From: a virus | Taxonomy: Duplodnaviria > Heunggongvirae > Uroviricota > Caudoviricetes | Virus record (IMG/VR): IMGVR_UViG_3300042554_002914 | Reading direction: 5' to 3' (one strand) | DNA: 64,000 nucleotides | The notes under the pieces: model-generated | The model's input: only the letters and a program-made list of their open reading frames with translations | Told to the model about the DNA's origin: nothing | Databases searched by the model: none | Shown: positions 7,774 to 17,633 of the stretch, piece after piece | How positions within the stretch are numbered: position 1 is the first letter of the stretch | Layout of the letters: every line of letters starts with the position of its first letter | Position numbers and translations under genes: made by a program

Positions 7774-9342
7774 TCACCCTTGCGGGACCATCCGCCGCCT
7801 ATTTCGAGTCGATGGAACTTCGATATAAGTCAAATGCTCTTTGGCTCTTGTCACCTGGACATAACATAAGTTGTTTTCTTGAATAATTTCCCAATCTTTT
7901 CTCGCCCACTTACTTGGGCTATAAGCATTCATACCTAGCGCATAAACGTGATCCCATTCTTTACCTTTAGAGCGATGCACTGTGGATAGGGTCAAAATGG
8001 ACTGGCCCTTTGACGAATCACTATCTCCAAACAACCCTTTAATTTTATCGATCAATACACTGATTGGATCATCCAATTTACACTGTTCCATCAAAACCCT
8101 TAAGGTTTCTGCTTGGTCTTCAATATCATCACATTTTGTATAATCTTCGTCATCCCTAGCCTTAGCCATGGCTTTTATGTACCAGTTGGCTACTTTGGAC
8201 TCTAGTTCGGACACCTCTTCACAATCCCAACGGTTTATTAACTTAATTAGACCATCTCCAATAGCCCGACCCTCTACCCTGCATGAAATACCCTTCTTGA
8301 TAAGCTTAAAAGCCAACTCAACCAAGGGCTTCGTTACTCTGCACAAGATGGCATCGCTCGGGTTAAGGTTGGGATTCTTCAGTAGATCTTCCAACTTTAG
8401 GGAATCTACAATGCCGTCGGGCGCACCATCAAATGCTTTAATGTGGGGCACCCACCTTTGGGCCTCCTTGACAATGAGCTTTGGACAACGGAAAGTTGTT
8501 GTCAGCGGGAGATTGATGGTGTTGAATTCTTTAGCAATCAAATCCATTGCATTGTGGTCAGCACCAGTATACGCATTGATCGACTGATGGCTATCCCCAA
8601 CAGCAATTAGACGTCCATTAGGGGCAAGCATCATCTTAATGAGTTTGCGCCTTACAGGGTTAGTATCCTGGGCTTCATCTAGGAGGACCCAGTCATATTG
8701 CTTAGATTTTAACCCCAAAAGAACCGGTCCATATACCATGTCATCGAAGTCAATTATTTTCGGGATAGCCCTATTACTTTCTTTTAGGACAGCACGAGCT
8801 TCTTTGATTCCGTCACTTAGTGATGCAAACTTAGGGAGAGCCAAATCCAGGGAAAAGTGATCAACCATGTGGTTCCAAGCCTGGGTATCATCAATGTTTG
8901 AAAAAATACCTATCCCGATTTGTTTGGCTTTTGATGCAGCATTTATGGCAAACGTGCGTAGATAAGGGTTTTTAACGACAGAGTCTGCAATTTTTTTGAG
9001 TTTTTTGTACCCGTCTAGCTCTACCCTTGGGTAAGCAGAACGTAAAATTTTATACCCGAAACTATGAACGGTGCCAATATTGAGTCGATCCCCGATTTGC
9101 ATTGGGCTAGATCTTACTTCAAGTTCTTTGACAATGGCTTTGTTATAGGCGCAAAAACCTACATCGCCCTTAGTTCGAGGGAGAACCCCAAGTAAAACCT
9201 TAGTTTTTCCTGACCCTGCCACAGCTTCAACAAGTGCAGATCCTTCACCTTTGACGGCCCATTCTGCTACTGCATACTGCTCAGGGGATGGGGTTGGCCC
9301 TTTGGTTGCGGTTGAATCGTCAGTAGGCTGGAGTATTAGCAT
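7774..9342 (-). CDS. UvrD/Rep-like superfamily 1 helicase
   Basis: AVAGSGKT, LLDEAQD, VGDSHQSI, STVHRSKGKEW, YVQVTRAK. Confidence 0.93.
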   Translation of the reverse strand: MLILQPTDDSTATKGPTPSPEQYAVAEWAVKGEGSALVEAVAGSGKTKVLLGVLPRTKGDVGFCAYNKAIVKELEVRSSPMQIGDRLNIGTVHSFGYKILRSAYPRVELDGYKKLKKIADSVVKNPYLRTFAINAASKAKQIGIGIFSNIDDTQAWNHMVDHFSLDLALPKFASLSDGIKEARAVLKESNRAIPKIIDFDDMVYGPVLLGLKSKQYDWVLLDEAQDTNPVRRKLIKMMLAPNGRLIAVGDSHQSINAYTGADHNAMDLIAKEFNTINLPLTTTFRCPKLIVKEAQRWVPHIKAFDGAPDGIVDSLKLEDLLKNPNLNPSDAILCRVTKPLVELAFKLIKKGISCRVEGRAIGDGLIKLINRWDCEEVSELESKVANWYIKAMAKARDDEDYTKCDDIEDQAETLRVLMEQCKLDDPISVLIDKIKGLFGDSDSSKGQSILTLSTVHRSKGKEWDHVYALGMNAYSPSKWARKDWEIIQENNLCYVQVTRAKEHLTYIEVPSTRNRRRMVPQG

Positions 9343-9413
9343 CTTGGTTGCGGTTTGGTTGCGGTTTAGTAGTTGGTTGGTAATTGGTTTATAGCTGGGT
9401 GTGTCAAATTAAC

Positions 9414-9602
9414 TTATGGCAATATGGCAATGTCCCAGTGGGGATCCCCTGAAAGATCCACCCATGCGCAGTATTTGCCGTTAACTGAAACGAAGAATAT
9501 TTTATTGCCTTTCCGCTGTTCGATGTTGATATTGGGGTTTCCACCCATTGAATTTATCAGGCGGTTCCTGGCTTTGTTTGAGATTGGAATTGCTCGGGCC
9601 AT
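9414..9602 (-). CDS. Hypothetical protein
   Basis: 62 aa ORF downstream of TTGACT-16-TATAAT promoter (9632-9659). Confidence 0.55.
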   Translation of the reverse strand: MARAIPISNKARNRLINSMGGNPNINIEQRKGNKIFFVSVNGKYCAWVDLSGDPHWDIAILP

Positions 9603-9684
9603 TTTTTTTTTCGACTTTGGAACTTACTTCTATTATAGTACATGTGGGGGGAAAGTCAACTCCACAGGGCTCTGGGGGGCATGG

Positions 9685-10044
9685 TCAATCGTAAAAGGTT
9701 CTCAAAAGGTCCGCACACTCCTTAATTTTCTTTCTAGAAAAGTTCTTTGGCACCTTAAAGATAGTCTTATTATCAATGAATTGATTGTATTTGGATCCGT
9801 AAATTCCCCATCCAACTTGGTAGCAAACTTCAACAAATGCTGCTTTTCTTTCCCCATCTGGTCCAAAGGGTAATTCTAGAAGATAATGAATTGAATCATG
9901 TTCGGACCAGGCAACCAGGTAATCCTGGTATGAAAACCCTGAACAGGGTACCGAAGTTTTATCGAGTGATACAGAATAATTATAGCTTTTCTCACTTAAA
10001 ACTTTATCCGGGCATAAATCATAAAAACATTGAAGATCCATCAT
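9685..10044 (-). CDS. Hypothetical protein
   Basis: 119 aa ORF. Confidence 0.5.
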   Translation of the reverse strand: MMDLQCFYDLCPDKVLSEKSYNYSVSLDKTSVPCSGFSYQDYLVAWSEHDSIHYLLELPFGPDGERKAAFVEVCYQVGWGIYGSKYNQFIDNKTIFKVPKNFSRKKIKECADLLRTFYD

Positions 10045-10080
10045 TGGATTTCTTTAGTGCGGGTTTTTCATTAACCAATT

Positions 10081-10548
10081 CTAATCGAAGCTCGGCTCTA
10101 GTAGTAGTGCCAGCATTTCCTGAATGGTTTTATAGACGGGATCCCCGGGTGAGAAGGAAAACTTTTGAGTTGCTTTATTGTCGATCCATTCGCGGATGCC
10201 AGTTCCAAACTCAGTTGACCTAGCATACCAATCACATACCATCTCGGCAACGTAAACTTTCGGCATGTCATGGATGCTACCCCAGTATTCAGGGTGATGT
10301 GGATTCACGGACTGATGATGCTTGATGACTTCAGAAAGTAAAGGGTCTGAATGAAAAAGGTGGGCAAACTCAATACCTTTGAATTTGGAGTTATCATGGA
10401 TTTGCCCGTTGGCAATTAGGTTACGACCAAGCTCAATTTCGCCACGCTTCATTAGTTTGAGCCCTAGCTTATAGCAGCCCCTTTGAACATTTTGAATGTG
10501 GTTAAAAACAAGTTCGATTTTATCGATGGATTCGGTTTCGATTGTCAT
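10081..10548 (-). CDS. HD-like metal-binding protein (DUF5662-like)
   Basis: H..V, HDNSKF, HH..NPHHPEYW, EMVCDW. Confidence 0.6.
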   Translation of the reverse strand: MTIETESIDKIELVFNHIQNVQRGCYKLGLKLMKRGEIELGRNLIANGQIHDNSKFKGIEFAHLFHSDPLLSEVIKHHQSVNPHHPEYWGSIHDMPKVYVAEMVCDWYARSTEFGTGIREWIDNKATQKFSFSPGDPVYKTIQEMLALLLEPSFD

Positions 10549-10605
10549 TTGGGGGTACGCGCATTCATCATTGATACCTAAGCTATTACCCTGCTTTACC
10601 GGGCT

Positions 10606-11730
10606 CTAGCAATGATAGTGATAGAATTTTTCTATGGTATCACCACACAAATAATTAATTAATTCATCATCAATTGTGTTCGGTAAAACGCATTCATTTT
10701 TTATTACGTGGTCGGCTTCGTCAAATAGTTGGTTTACAATGGAAATAAGTTCGCTATAGGTGATCCTACCATACTTAATGTCAAGAAGGAACTCTGCGTC
10801 ACCGACCAATTTCCTATCTACGAATAGCTTACCGGTCCGCATCCCTTCAATAGCCATTTTCATAAGCCTCACGCAATGGCTGGCATTCTTACCATCGTAC
10901 CCGCAAGCCCGTTCAATTTCAGATCGTTTGACATTTCTATTCGTCAACCAATCTTGATAGTTGCCCCATCTTTTCAGGTCTGCCCGGTATTGCTGACTGG
11001 AGTGAAGTAAGGCCATGTATTCATCACTTGCCCTTGTGATTTTCTGTGTCTCATCAAAGCATTGCGTTGGTAGGACACTCTGTTTTAGAATACCTTTCCA
11101 ATCAATTTGGCCATTGAGGAGGTCGTAAAGCTCAGTGGAGGCCTGATAATATTCGATTCTATCTTTAATCAACAGATACAAATACTCAATAAACGACTCA
11201 ATCTGCGACGGTGTTAAGCTCGGTGAAGGTACCCCGTAGTCTCCCCACTCTGGTTTCCTTGTTGGTGGATCCCGAAGCCATTTGCGGTGGGTTTCCATCT
11301 TTTTGATTTGAGACTTTGCATACTGGACAAATGTGCCAGAGATTCTTTTGGAGATTAGTTTCTCCCGGTTGTTAATTAGGGACTGTCCAAGATAATCTAG
11401 GTAGATATAGCTATCGGGGGTTTGCCAAAGCATCTCCAGGATGTTGGGGTTTTGCGATCGTAACAGGCTGAGATATCGCCTGATGCCATAAACTACTGAG
11501 TCGGAATTGTCTAATTCAGGAAATCTTGTCCTAAAAGTTGGTTCTCCGGTATGCTCCCACCCTTTATCCTTTTGTTCAAATGTTTCGAGTGTATTGTAAA
11601 ATCTCCGTGGTGCAACACAGATACCTTTAAAGTCAAGGTCTGACATTTCGGTGTTTAAACCATAGGCGTGACTACCTGATTTACAAAACAGGATCATCCC
11701 GTCTTCGATTTCTTTTCGTGTAATTGTCAT
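10606..11730 (-). CDS. Pol-beta-superfamily nucleotidyltransferase (RlaP/Nuc-transf-like)
   Basis: GSHAYGLNTEMSDLDFKGI, NPNILE, YDGKNASHCVRL. Confidence 0.85.
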   Translation of the reverse strand: MTITRKEIEDGMILFCKSGSHAYGLNTEMSDLDFKGICVAPRRFYNTLETFEQKDKGWEHTGEPTFRTRFPELDNSDSVVYGIRRYLSLLRSQNPNILEMLWQTPDSYIYLDYLGQSLINNREKLISKRISGTFVQYAKSQIKKMETHRKWLRDPPTRKPEWGDYGVPSPSLTPSQIESFIEYLYLLIKDRIEYYQASTELYDLLNGQIDWKGILKQSVLPTQCFDETQKITRASDEYMALLHSSQQYRADLKRWGNYQDWLTNRNVKRSEIERACGYDGKNASHCVRLMKMAIEGMRTGKLFVDRKLVGDAEFLLDIKYGRITYSELISIVNQLFDEADHVIKNECVLPNTIDDELINYLCGDTIEKFYHYHC

Positions 11731-11751
11731 TTTTTGGGGGGGGGAGTCTCG

Positions 11752-12063
11752 TTAAGTAGGGTCGTTAGCTTCTAGGAGGTACTCTGATCGGATCAAGTGC
11801 TCGTCTACTTCGTAATAGGATGGGATATCAATTTTGTCGTGGGGTCCATCAATGCGAAACTCTCCTCGCACTGCAGTCATCAAAGCATTTACAAAGGAGT
11901 CTAAACAGTCTAAATTCCCGCAAACCCCCTTATTTGTCCTGAGGCACTGGATTTCGATGGTGGCCCTATAACGTTTGATTCTCGATGCTTCGACTGAAGC
12001 AATGTCGGCTTTTAGTTTCCGAATTTGAAGGTCGGTTAGTTTGGTTAAGTCAATCAGTTCCAT
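11752..12063 (-). CDS. Hypothetical protein
   Basis: 103 aa ORF. Confidence 0.55.
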   Translation of the reverse strand: MELIDLTKLTDLQIRKLKADIASVEASRIKRYRATIEIQCLRTNKGVCGNLDCLDSFVNALMTAVRGEFRIDGPHDKIDIPSYYEVDEHLIRSEYLLEANDPT

Positions 12064-12118
12064 TGGGTTTTCACTTTTTTGTGTAAATCATTGGGTCCAT
12101 TCCCTCAAGTCAACAATT

Positions 12119-12316
12119 TCATACCAAGCGCATTCCAGGACCCCCTTTTTTTTTTTCTCCGCGTTTAACATTATAGTGATCAAATTGGCTGGCACTTGAG
12201 ACCACAAACTCTACTTGCTCTTTAGCTTCTTCGTATGTTGAGAAACAACCAATCCAGTCTCCAGTATCACCTGACGGGTAATAGTCTCCAGCAATTAACA
12301 AGTATGGCTTATTCAT
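12119..12316 (-). CDS. Hypothetical protein
   Basis: 65 aa ORF, 4-nt overlap with upstream gene. Confidence 0.5.
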   Translation of the reverse strand: MNKPYLLIAGDYYPSGDTGDWIGCFSTYEEAKEQVEFVVSSASQFDHYNVKRGEKKKGGPGMRLV

Positions 12317-12528
12317 AGTGACACCAAATCTTCAGGGCTACAAGATTGGGATGTGGTCCCAGCCCAGCCCAGCCTCGATACTGCTTTGTCAAACTTTACA
12401 AATACGTTTTTGCCATTGTTAGATGATACGGTGCCATGTTCAACGTCCGGGTGGTTGATTTCCCCGTGGGCGTGCCCCGGAATATAAGCCACTTTGACTC
12501 CGGGTGTTGCAAGTTTGATGTCAATCAT
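12313..12528 (-). CDS. Hypothetical protein
   Basis: 71 aa ORF. Confidence 0.55.
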   Translation of the reverse strand: MIDIKLATPGVKVAYIPGHAHGEINHPDVEHGTVSSNNGKNVFVKFDKAVSRLGWAGTTSQSCSPEDLVSL

Positions 12529-12793
12529 TGGTTTTGGTGTTATTTAATTTGATTTCTAATGATAGGACTCTTAGGGTAATTTCCTCGGTCTTGAGCGCCA
12601 TTTCCTCGGCTCTGAGAGCCATGCGTTCAGCTTTGTAAGCCATTTCCTCAGCCTTGAGCGCCATCTCTTCAGCCTTGAAAGCCATTTCCTCAGCTTTGAG
12701 CAACACTTCTTCGGCATTAAGAGCCGGGGTACGTTTGTTTATGGGCGGCAATGGTTGCCTCATCCACAATGGCAGATATGCTGGGCTCCACAT
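12521..12793 (-). CDS. Coiled-coil heptad-repeat protein (xKAEEMA repeats)
   Basis: About six 21-nt imperfect tandem repeats. Confidence 0.55.
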   Translation of the reverse strand: MWSPAYLPLWMRQPLPPINKRTPALNAEEVLLKAEEMAFKAEEMALKAEEMAYKAERMALRAEEMALKTEEITLRVLSLEIKLNNTKTND

Positions 12794-12814
12794 GGGTTTA
12801 AAGGTAAATTACAA

Positions 12815-13423
12815 TTAGTTAGAACCCAGAACGAACCGAGCGAATCGCTTCACAACAATGTTTTCGCCCACAGTAGCAGCGAAGTTCTTGGTATAAGTAT
12901 CGATAGTCATCGTGCCATCTTTGATATAAGGTTGGTCCATCAGGGACATTTCCTTAAAGCGTTTGGCTACACGACCTTCAACAATTCTGCTACGCATTGC
13001 TTCTGGCTTTTTAGCAAGGTCTTCTTTGCCCATTTCGATTCGTGTCTCGTCTAGCAGGACTGATTCTGGAATTTCTGAAATGGAGACATAACTTACAGAA
13101 GGGCAAGCTGCGATTTGCATTGCCAAAGTGCGAACGAACTCTTGGAATGGCCCAGATTTTGCCACAAAATCAGTTTCGCAGTTGACTTCGATGAGTACGC
13201 CTATGTTGCCACCCGTATGGATATAGCTAGAGATGGTCCCTTCTTTGGCAGCCCTGCCAATTTTACCATCGGCCAAGGCAATACCTTTTTGGCGCAGCCA
13301 AGTGATTGCTCCTGCTTCATCGCCTTTGGAGTTAATAAGTGCATCCTTACAAAGGATCATTCCTGCTCCGGTCTTTTCTCGTAGAGCTTTAATTTGTGGG
13401 ATTGTGGGTGGGAAGTTGGTCAT
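12815..13423 (-). CDS. tsf: Translation elongation factor Ts (short cyanobacterial type)
   Basis: IKALREKTGAGM..CK, EVNCETDFVA, LAMQIAA, LMDQPYIKD, VKRFARF; ATG at 13423 preferred. Confidence 0.95.
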   Translation of the reverse strand: MTNFPPTIPQIKALREKTGAGMILCKDALINSKGDEAGAITWLRQKGIALADGKIGRAAKEGTISSYIHTGGNIGVLIEVNCETDFVAKSGPFQEFVRTLAMQIAACPSVSYVSISEIPESVLLDETRIEMGKEDLAKKPEAMRSRIVEGRVAKRFKEMSLMDQPYIKDGTMTIDTYTKNFAATVGENIVVKRFARFVLGSN

Positions 13424-13474
13424 TTTTTGTTTTAGGTATTTGGTTGGGGGGGGCAATGACTGAGTAGGCAATGG

Positions 13475-13819
13475 TTAGATGCCGGGGTCATGATAAAAGA
13501 TGGGGATTTTCCGGTCCCGTGCAAAGGAAATTTCATCTTGAACTCCAGGAGATTCCATCCACCCTGGAAGTTGCAAGACAATTAGCTGATCTGACTTCTC
13601 AAGAATTGTCAAGCAGTAGTTTCTCCAAAACCCATAATCGGAAGGCAGTTCAACACCCCGACCAAAGCAAAAGTGCATGAGCAACGGTGAGAAGGCCACC
13701 AGTCCTTTCGAGGCAAGGTCGGCAAGTTCATAGGTGACAGCATCCATGCGGGTTTGTGTGACTGCAGGATTGCTATCACCGTATGGTGCAGCCAGATAGA
13801 TTAAAGGTGAGATTTCCAT
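13475..13819 (-). CDS. DUF1937/nucleoside deoxyribosyltransferase-like protein
   Basis: IYLAAPY, FSP..H, SPGVQDEI.FA. Confidence 0.7.
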   Translation of the reverse strand: MEISPLIYLAAPYGDSNPAVTQTRMDAVTYELADLASKGLVAFSPLLMHFCFGRGVELPSDYGFWRNYCLTILEKSDQLIVLQLPGWMESPGVQDEISFARDRKIPIFYHDPGI

Positions 13820-13898
13820 TGGGCTGGTTAATTGTTTGGCGAGTTCAGGGGGGTCGGTCTTGGCTATGGTGCTAGTTTAGCACGTTGGGGCCGGAAAG

Positions 13899-14252
13899 TC
13901 AACGGGGATCACACCCTGGTGGCACTATGGCAGTGGGACCGTCGTGAGTAGTGATGCTGCCAATGATCTCAGCGCATTTTCCATTCGAAATCTGAATAAG
14001 AGAAGTTCCTTTGGTTGTATTATTCAGGTATACATCCCCCACAATGACCAAATCATCACCAATCAGAACCTTAAGGATTGGCCCACGAATGGTTCGACAA
14101 AAATCACGCCATGCAGCGCGAAAGAGATCGGTTAGTTTATTGCCTTTCCATTTCCATTTTACTAGGGTATAAGGCGTGGTAAACCCTCGCCAGAATTTAT
14201 AGATGGTTTTCATTGCCGGGTTCGTAACAGGGGGGATGGTGTGTAGCATCAT
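13899..14252 (-). CDS. Hypothetical protein
   Basis: 117 aa ORF after class B repeat. Confidence 0.5.
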   Translation of the reverse strand: MMLHTIPPVTNPAMKTIYKFWRGFTTPYTLVKWKWKGNKLTDLFRAAWRDFCRTIRGPILKVLIGDDLVIVGDVYLNNTTKGTSLIQISNGKCAEIIGSITTHDGPTAIVPPGCDPR

Positions 14253-14283
14253 GATTATTATAGGTTGTTTGCCTTTGGGTGTG

Positions 14284-14340
14284 GGTGCGGATTCCCGTAC
14301 AAAAAGGTTCGGTAATTACACCATCGGGAGCCGAAGTCAA
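14284..14340 (-). promoter_or_regulatory. Class B 57-bp intergenic repeat (copy 1)
   Basis: TTGACTTCGGCTCCCGATGGTGTAATTACCGAACC..GTACGGGAATCCGCACC; near-identical at 25568, 26197, 26665. Confidence 0.75.
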
Positions 14341-14727
14341 TCAGAAGCGAAGGGTCTCTTCACCGGGTTGCATCGTTTGCGGTGGTGCTGACCCGGGTGA
14401 GCTTGTCGGCGATGACGCTGACCGACCCCGTAAGTAAATATCTAATTGATACGGAACGGCGGACATTATGTCTCGCAAGTAGTCTTCAACTTCGGTCAAT
14501 ATGGCGGGGGGTACCCAATACGCAAAAGTTGGATTCCACTCCGAGGACCCCCAGCGCCCCCTGTCTTCTAAATGGAACCAACTTCCAGCGCACTCAAACG
14601 TCTTTTTTCGATCGACCCAACGTGTAAAAGTAATTGGCCAGAAATGATAAAGAACTAGACCCGAATTAAAGTAAACACGAAAGCGATCGGTGCCAATCTT
14701 ACCGTTGTAGATGATGTGGGTCGTCAT
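14341..14727 (-). CDS. Hypothetical protein
   Basis: 128 aa ORF. Confidence 0.55.
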   Translation of the reverse strand: MTTHIIYNGKIGTDRFRVYFNSGLVLYHFWPITFTRWVDRKKTFECAGSWFHLEDRGRWGSSEWNPTFAYWVPPAILTEVEDYLRDIMSAVPYQLDIYLRGRSASSPTSSPGSAPPQTMQPGEETLRF

Positions 14728-15083
14728 TGGTTAGGGTCCATCTCGGTAGTAACGATTGAAAGTCGGCCACAATGCTTATTCCATTCGGCCCGCAGATAAT
14801 CTTTGTATACTTGGTAAGGGACACCCCTTTTACAGCACGCTTCCATCACACTCTCTGCTTGTACGCCAGGGTCCCATTTGTGCTGACAGCGGCATTTAGC
14901 AAAGTTACCATTATCAAAAACCCAAGTACGCGGAAACTCTCTGCAATTAGGGCATTGATCCCATCCAGCTGTGGATTTAAGCGGTTCGTACCATTCGCCA
15001 CAGCAGTCTTCCCACCTGTAGGTTTCAGTTATTGCATGAGCAGTAGGGGTTGAATGTAGGTCAGTCATTTGGTTGGTTTTCAT
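14724..15083 (-). CDS. Cys-rich hypothetical protein
   Basis: CPNC and CRC motifs; coupled ORF. Confidence 0.55.
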   Translation of the reverse strand: MKTNQMTDLHSTPTAHAITETYRWEDCCGEWYEPLKSTAGWDQCPNCREFPRTWVFDNGNFAKCRCQHKWDPGVQAESVMEACCKRGVPYQVYKDYLRAEWNKHCGRLSIVTTEMDPNQ

Positions 15084-15285
15084 TGCTTATAGGAACGTTT
15101 ACGATCCATCCGAACTTTATTGAGAAGAAACCAAAGATCAAAAAAATGGCTCGAACATCTTCATCAATCGGACTTTGCAGCTTGCGCAATCTAAACCGTA
15201 CTGGCTTATTGTTATCCATCCAACAGTCTGAAAGGTCAACGCGAAGCAGCGTCCGCTTTGTCTCATGCTCGATAAGATTTATCAC
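15061..15285 (-). CDS. Hypothetical protein
   Basis: 74 aa coupled ORF. Confidence 0.5.
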   Translation of the reverse strand: MINLIEHETKRTLLRVDLSDCWMDNNKPVRFRLRKLQSPIDEDVRAIFLIFGFFSIKFGWIVNVPISNENQPND

Positions 15286-15839
15286 GCCTTCACCTCCCCG
15301 GTTTGGGGAATGGTAACAAGGCCAGTAGGCGCAAGCCCACGAGCTATGATGCCTATGACTCGCAGCACAGAAAGATCCAATTCTTCCTGGGGCCCATTAT
15401 TGTCGAAATAAATATCAGCATCACCTACTACAAGCTCCATTGAATATGCGCTTTCCGGTGGCCTGCGCTTTGAGGCGTCAACCCAGATAACGTGATCAAA
15501 CAACCCAGCCTCGCGGCAGGCGTTAAATTCATCCCGTTTTCGCATCCCATCATACACATCATATCCACAGCTCAACATTGTCTTGGCCGTTCTCGTCTTG
15601 TCGGGAGTATTGTATTCGGAAATTAGGTCAGCCCATGTTTTCCGATGATTTACTCGATCGGCAAACATATCGTTGAAAGTGGTATAGTGCTTCCAACCCC
15701 ATTGCCACCAAACATACTCCCACCCGACAAAAAGTGAAGAAGAGGTAGACGCGAGGTCCATTTTGCTGCAGATTTTTTCGGCGACGGTATCCTTGCCGTG
15801 GCGGGCGTGGCCGATGATTAGGAGTTTGGGTTTAGTCAT
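15282..15839 (-). CDS. P-loop deoxynucleoside monophosphate kinase-like protein
   Basis: KLLIIGHARHGKDTVAE Walker A; start MTKPK at 15839. Confidence 0.7.
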   Translation of the reverse strand: MTKPKLLIIGHARHGKDTVAEKICSKMDLASTSSSLFVGWEYVWWQWGWKHYTTFNDMFADRVNHRKTWADLISEYNTPDKTRTAKTMLSCGYDVYDGMRKRDEFNACREAGLFDHVIWVDASKRRPPESAYSMELVVGDADIYFDNNGPQEELDLSVLRVIGIIARGLAPTGLVTIPQTGEVKA

Positions 15840-15861
15840 TTTGGATAAGTGGTGTGGTCGC

Positions 15862-16344
15862 TCATGGCTGGGACTCCACGGCATGGGGTAAAGGAATGGC
15901 ATTGTGAGGGAGCGTGTGGGTTTCTTGGCCGTTTGACCGGCTATAGCTCCAGTTGCTCCACCTTGAGTCACTCTCCGGGTGAAACCTCCAGCACTGCCCT
16001 TCCGCATCGCAATACCCCTCCTCTAATGGCTGTTCACTCGTTGCCACCGGCACCACTGCTAGGGCAAAGCGTGCAAGGACTGCGCGGCCAAAGCGCAACG
16101 CTTCGTCATACAGAGCAAAATACCCCGCTACCTCGTCCCAAAGGCCCCATAGATCTTGATCCGATGGCCCACCCTTTTCCGGCTTGTCCAGGGCGGCTCG
16201 GGCTCGGGTGATCAGATCGCGGTGTTCGTGACAGGGGTTGGCGCCGTCGTATTCAGCCAACGGTTGCAATAGCTCGGCACACAGTGCGCGAAAGTCAGTC
16301 ATGGTTCCTCCGATTCTAGTTGTTTCAATGCTATTTGGACGCAA
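15862..16344 (-). CDS. Hypothetical protein
   Basis: ORF in GC-rich coupled run. Confidence 0.5.
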   Translation of the reverse strand: MRPNSIETTRIGGTMTDFRALCAELLQPLAEYDGANPCHEHRDLITRARAALDKPEKGGPSDQDLWGLWDEVAGYFALYDEALRFGRAVLARFALAVVPVATSEQPLEEGYCDAEGQCWRFHPESDSRWSNWSYSRSNGQETHTLPHNAIPLPHAVESQP

Positions 16345-16556
16345 TCAGCAGCTTTGGAGGCAATATCGGCCCGAAGGTGTGCTTCTTTCGCCGCTATGCC
16401 CGCATCCCACGAGGCCTCGTGATGCCATACAAGCGCAGCAGACAGAATAAGGTTTTTATCGCCAGTGACGCAGGCTTCCCTGTAGTTTTTGGCAGCCTGG
16501 CGAGCAGATTCCGACGTTCGTTGTCGGTCAGTGTAAATGTCTGGGTTAGTCGTCAT
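16299..16556 (-). CDS. Hypothetical protein
   Basis: 85 aa coupled ORF. Confidence 0.5.
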   Translation of the reverse strand: MTTNPDIYTDRQRTSESARQAAKNYREACVTGDKNLILSAALVWHHEASWDAGIAAKEAHLRADIASKAADCVQIALKQLESEEP

Positions 16557-16975
16557 AGTAAGTTTTTCGGGTTATGGGGGGGTGGAACGGGAAGGTTGCC
16601 CCAACGGGCGAGAACGGAGCGGGCAAAAACACCAGGATTGTTGCAAGCGAGCCACATGTTCCGAATCTCTACTGCAGTCGGCCCCTCCGGCTCGGCCAAA
16701 GCAGCGGGCGGCACTAGCCATTCCAGGTTGCACTGCTCACACCCTGCAATAAATGCCTCCAGCGATTCGGCCCAGACGTGACCAATCCCGCGTGATCCAA
16801 CCTGCACCAGCTCAGGAGACCATTCGGGTGAATGAACGGTTCTGGCTATGTCTCGGCAAGTGTCGGGCTTGCCATGATCCAAGTCAACAATGCAGACGAT
16901 CGCTGCGGTATGGGCCAGTTCCCAAAGCTGGCGATAATCGCGTGAGGTTGGGTAGTTGGCAGTTGGGACGATCAT
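16553..16975 (-). CDS. Hypothetical protein
   Basis: 140 aa; GGAGG RBS; ATGA overlap. Confidence 0.6.
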   Translation of the reverse strand: MIVPTANYPTSRDYRQLWELAHTAAIVCIVDLDHGKPDTCRDIARTVHSPEWSPELVQVGSRGIGHVWAESLEAFIAGCEQCNLEWLVPPAALAEPEGPTAVEIRNMWLACNNPGVFARSVLARWGNLPVPPPHNPKNLL

Positions 16976-17199
16976 GGTGCCTCCGTGGTGGTGGTACTAG
17001 TGTCTTCAATCGTGCCGCCAATAAAAAGTTCATGGCAAGCATGCAAATAAGTGGCGCCTAGATCCAACCATACGCCTCTCTCTATTGGCCTCTGGTAGTA
17101 CCCAAAGAGTTTGTCATAGTGGGTGAGGCGCCGTAAGCCGCCGTCAGTACATCTGACTTTTTGATTTAGCGCTTCGTCCAGGGATTGGATCGTGATCAT
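16972..17199 (-). CDS. Hypothetical protein
   Basis: 75 aa; GGAGG RBS; ends TTTTEAP. Confidence 0.6.
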   Translation of the reverse strand: MITIQSLDEALNQKVRCTDGGLRRLTHYDKLFGYYQRPIERGVWLDLGATYLHACHELFIGGTIEDTSTTTTEAP

Positions 17200-17633
17200 G
17201 GTGCCTCCGTGGTGGTGGTTTGCTGTTGCTCTAATCCTGAGGCAATAAATGCCCCCCTCAACTTATCAACTACATCTGCTTTGAACGTCTCAACCTGCGA
17301 ACGCAACTCTCCCAAAGAGTCGCATTCAAACGGTTTCTCTTGCATTTCTTCGCCCAGGATCAATACAGTCACGGTGCCATCCCATTTTGGTCCGTAGTGG
17401 GTCTTTGGGGGATAGAAGCGACTGCTAAAGCTAACTACTGGGCCATCGTAGTCCAATTTGAAGCCACAATCCCACTTCCAGGTCGGCTCATGTCGCTTGT
17501 AGCTATCGGTGTTGGCCTGTGATTCCCATTGGTAGGCCTGGTCCCAACTGGTTGGGCAATCTCCCAAAGGCTCACCGCCATCGAAAATAATTTGGTTGTT
17601 TGTGGTGGGCATGTCAATGTGATCGGTGTTCAT
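17196..17633 (-). CDS. Hypothetical protein
   Basis: 145 aa; GGAGG RBS; ends TTTTEAP. Confidence 0.6.
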   Translation of the reverse strand: MNTDHIDMPTTNNQIIFDGGEPLGDCPTSWDQAYQWESQANTDSYKRHEPTWKWDCGFKLDYDGPVVSFSSRFYPPKTHYGPKWDGTVTVLILGEEMQEKPFECDSLGELRSQVETFKADVVDKLRGAFIASGLEQQQTTTTEAP

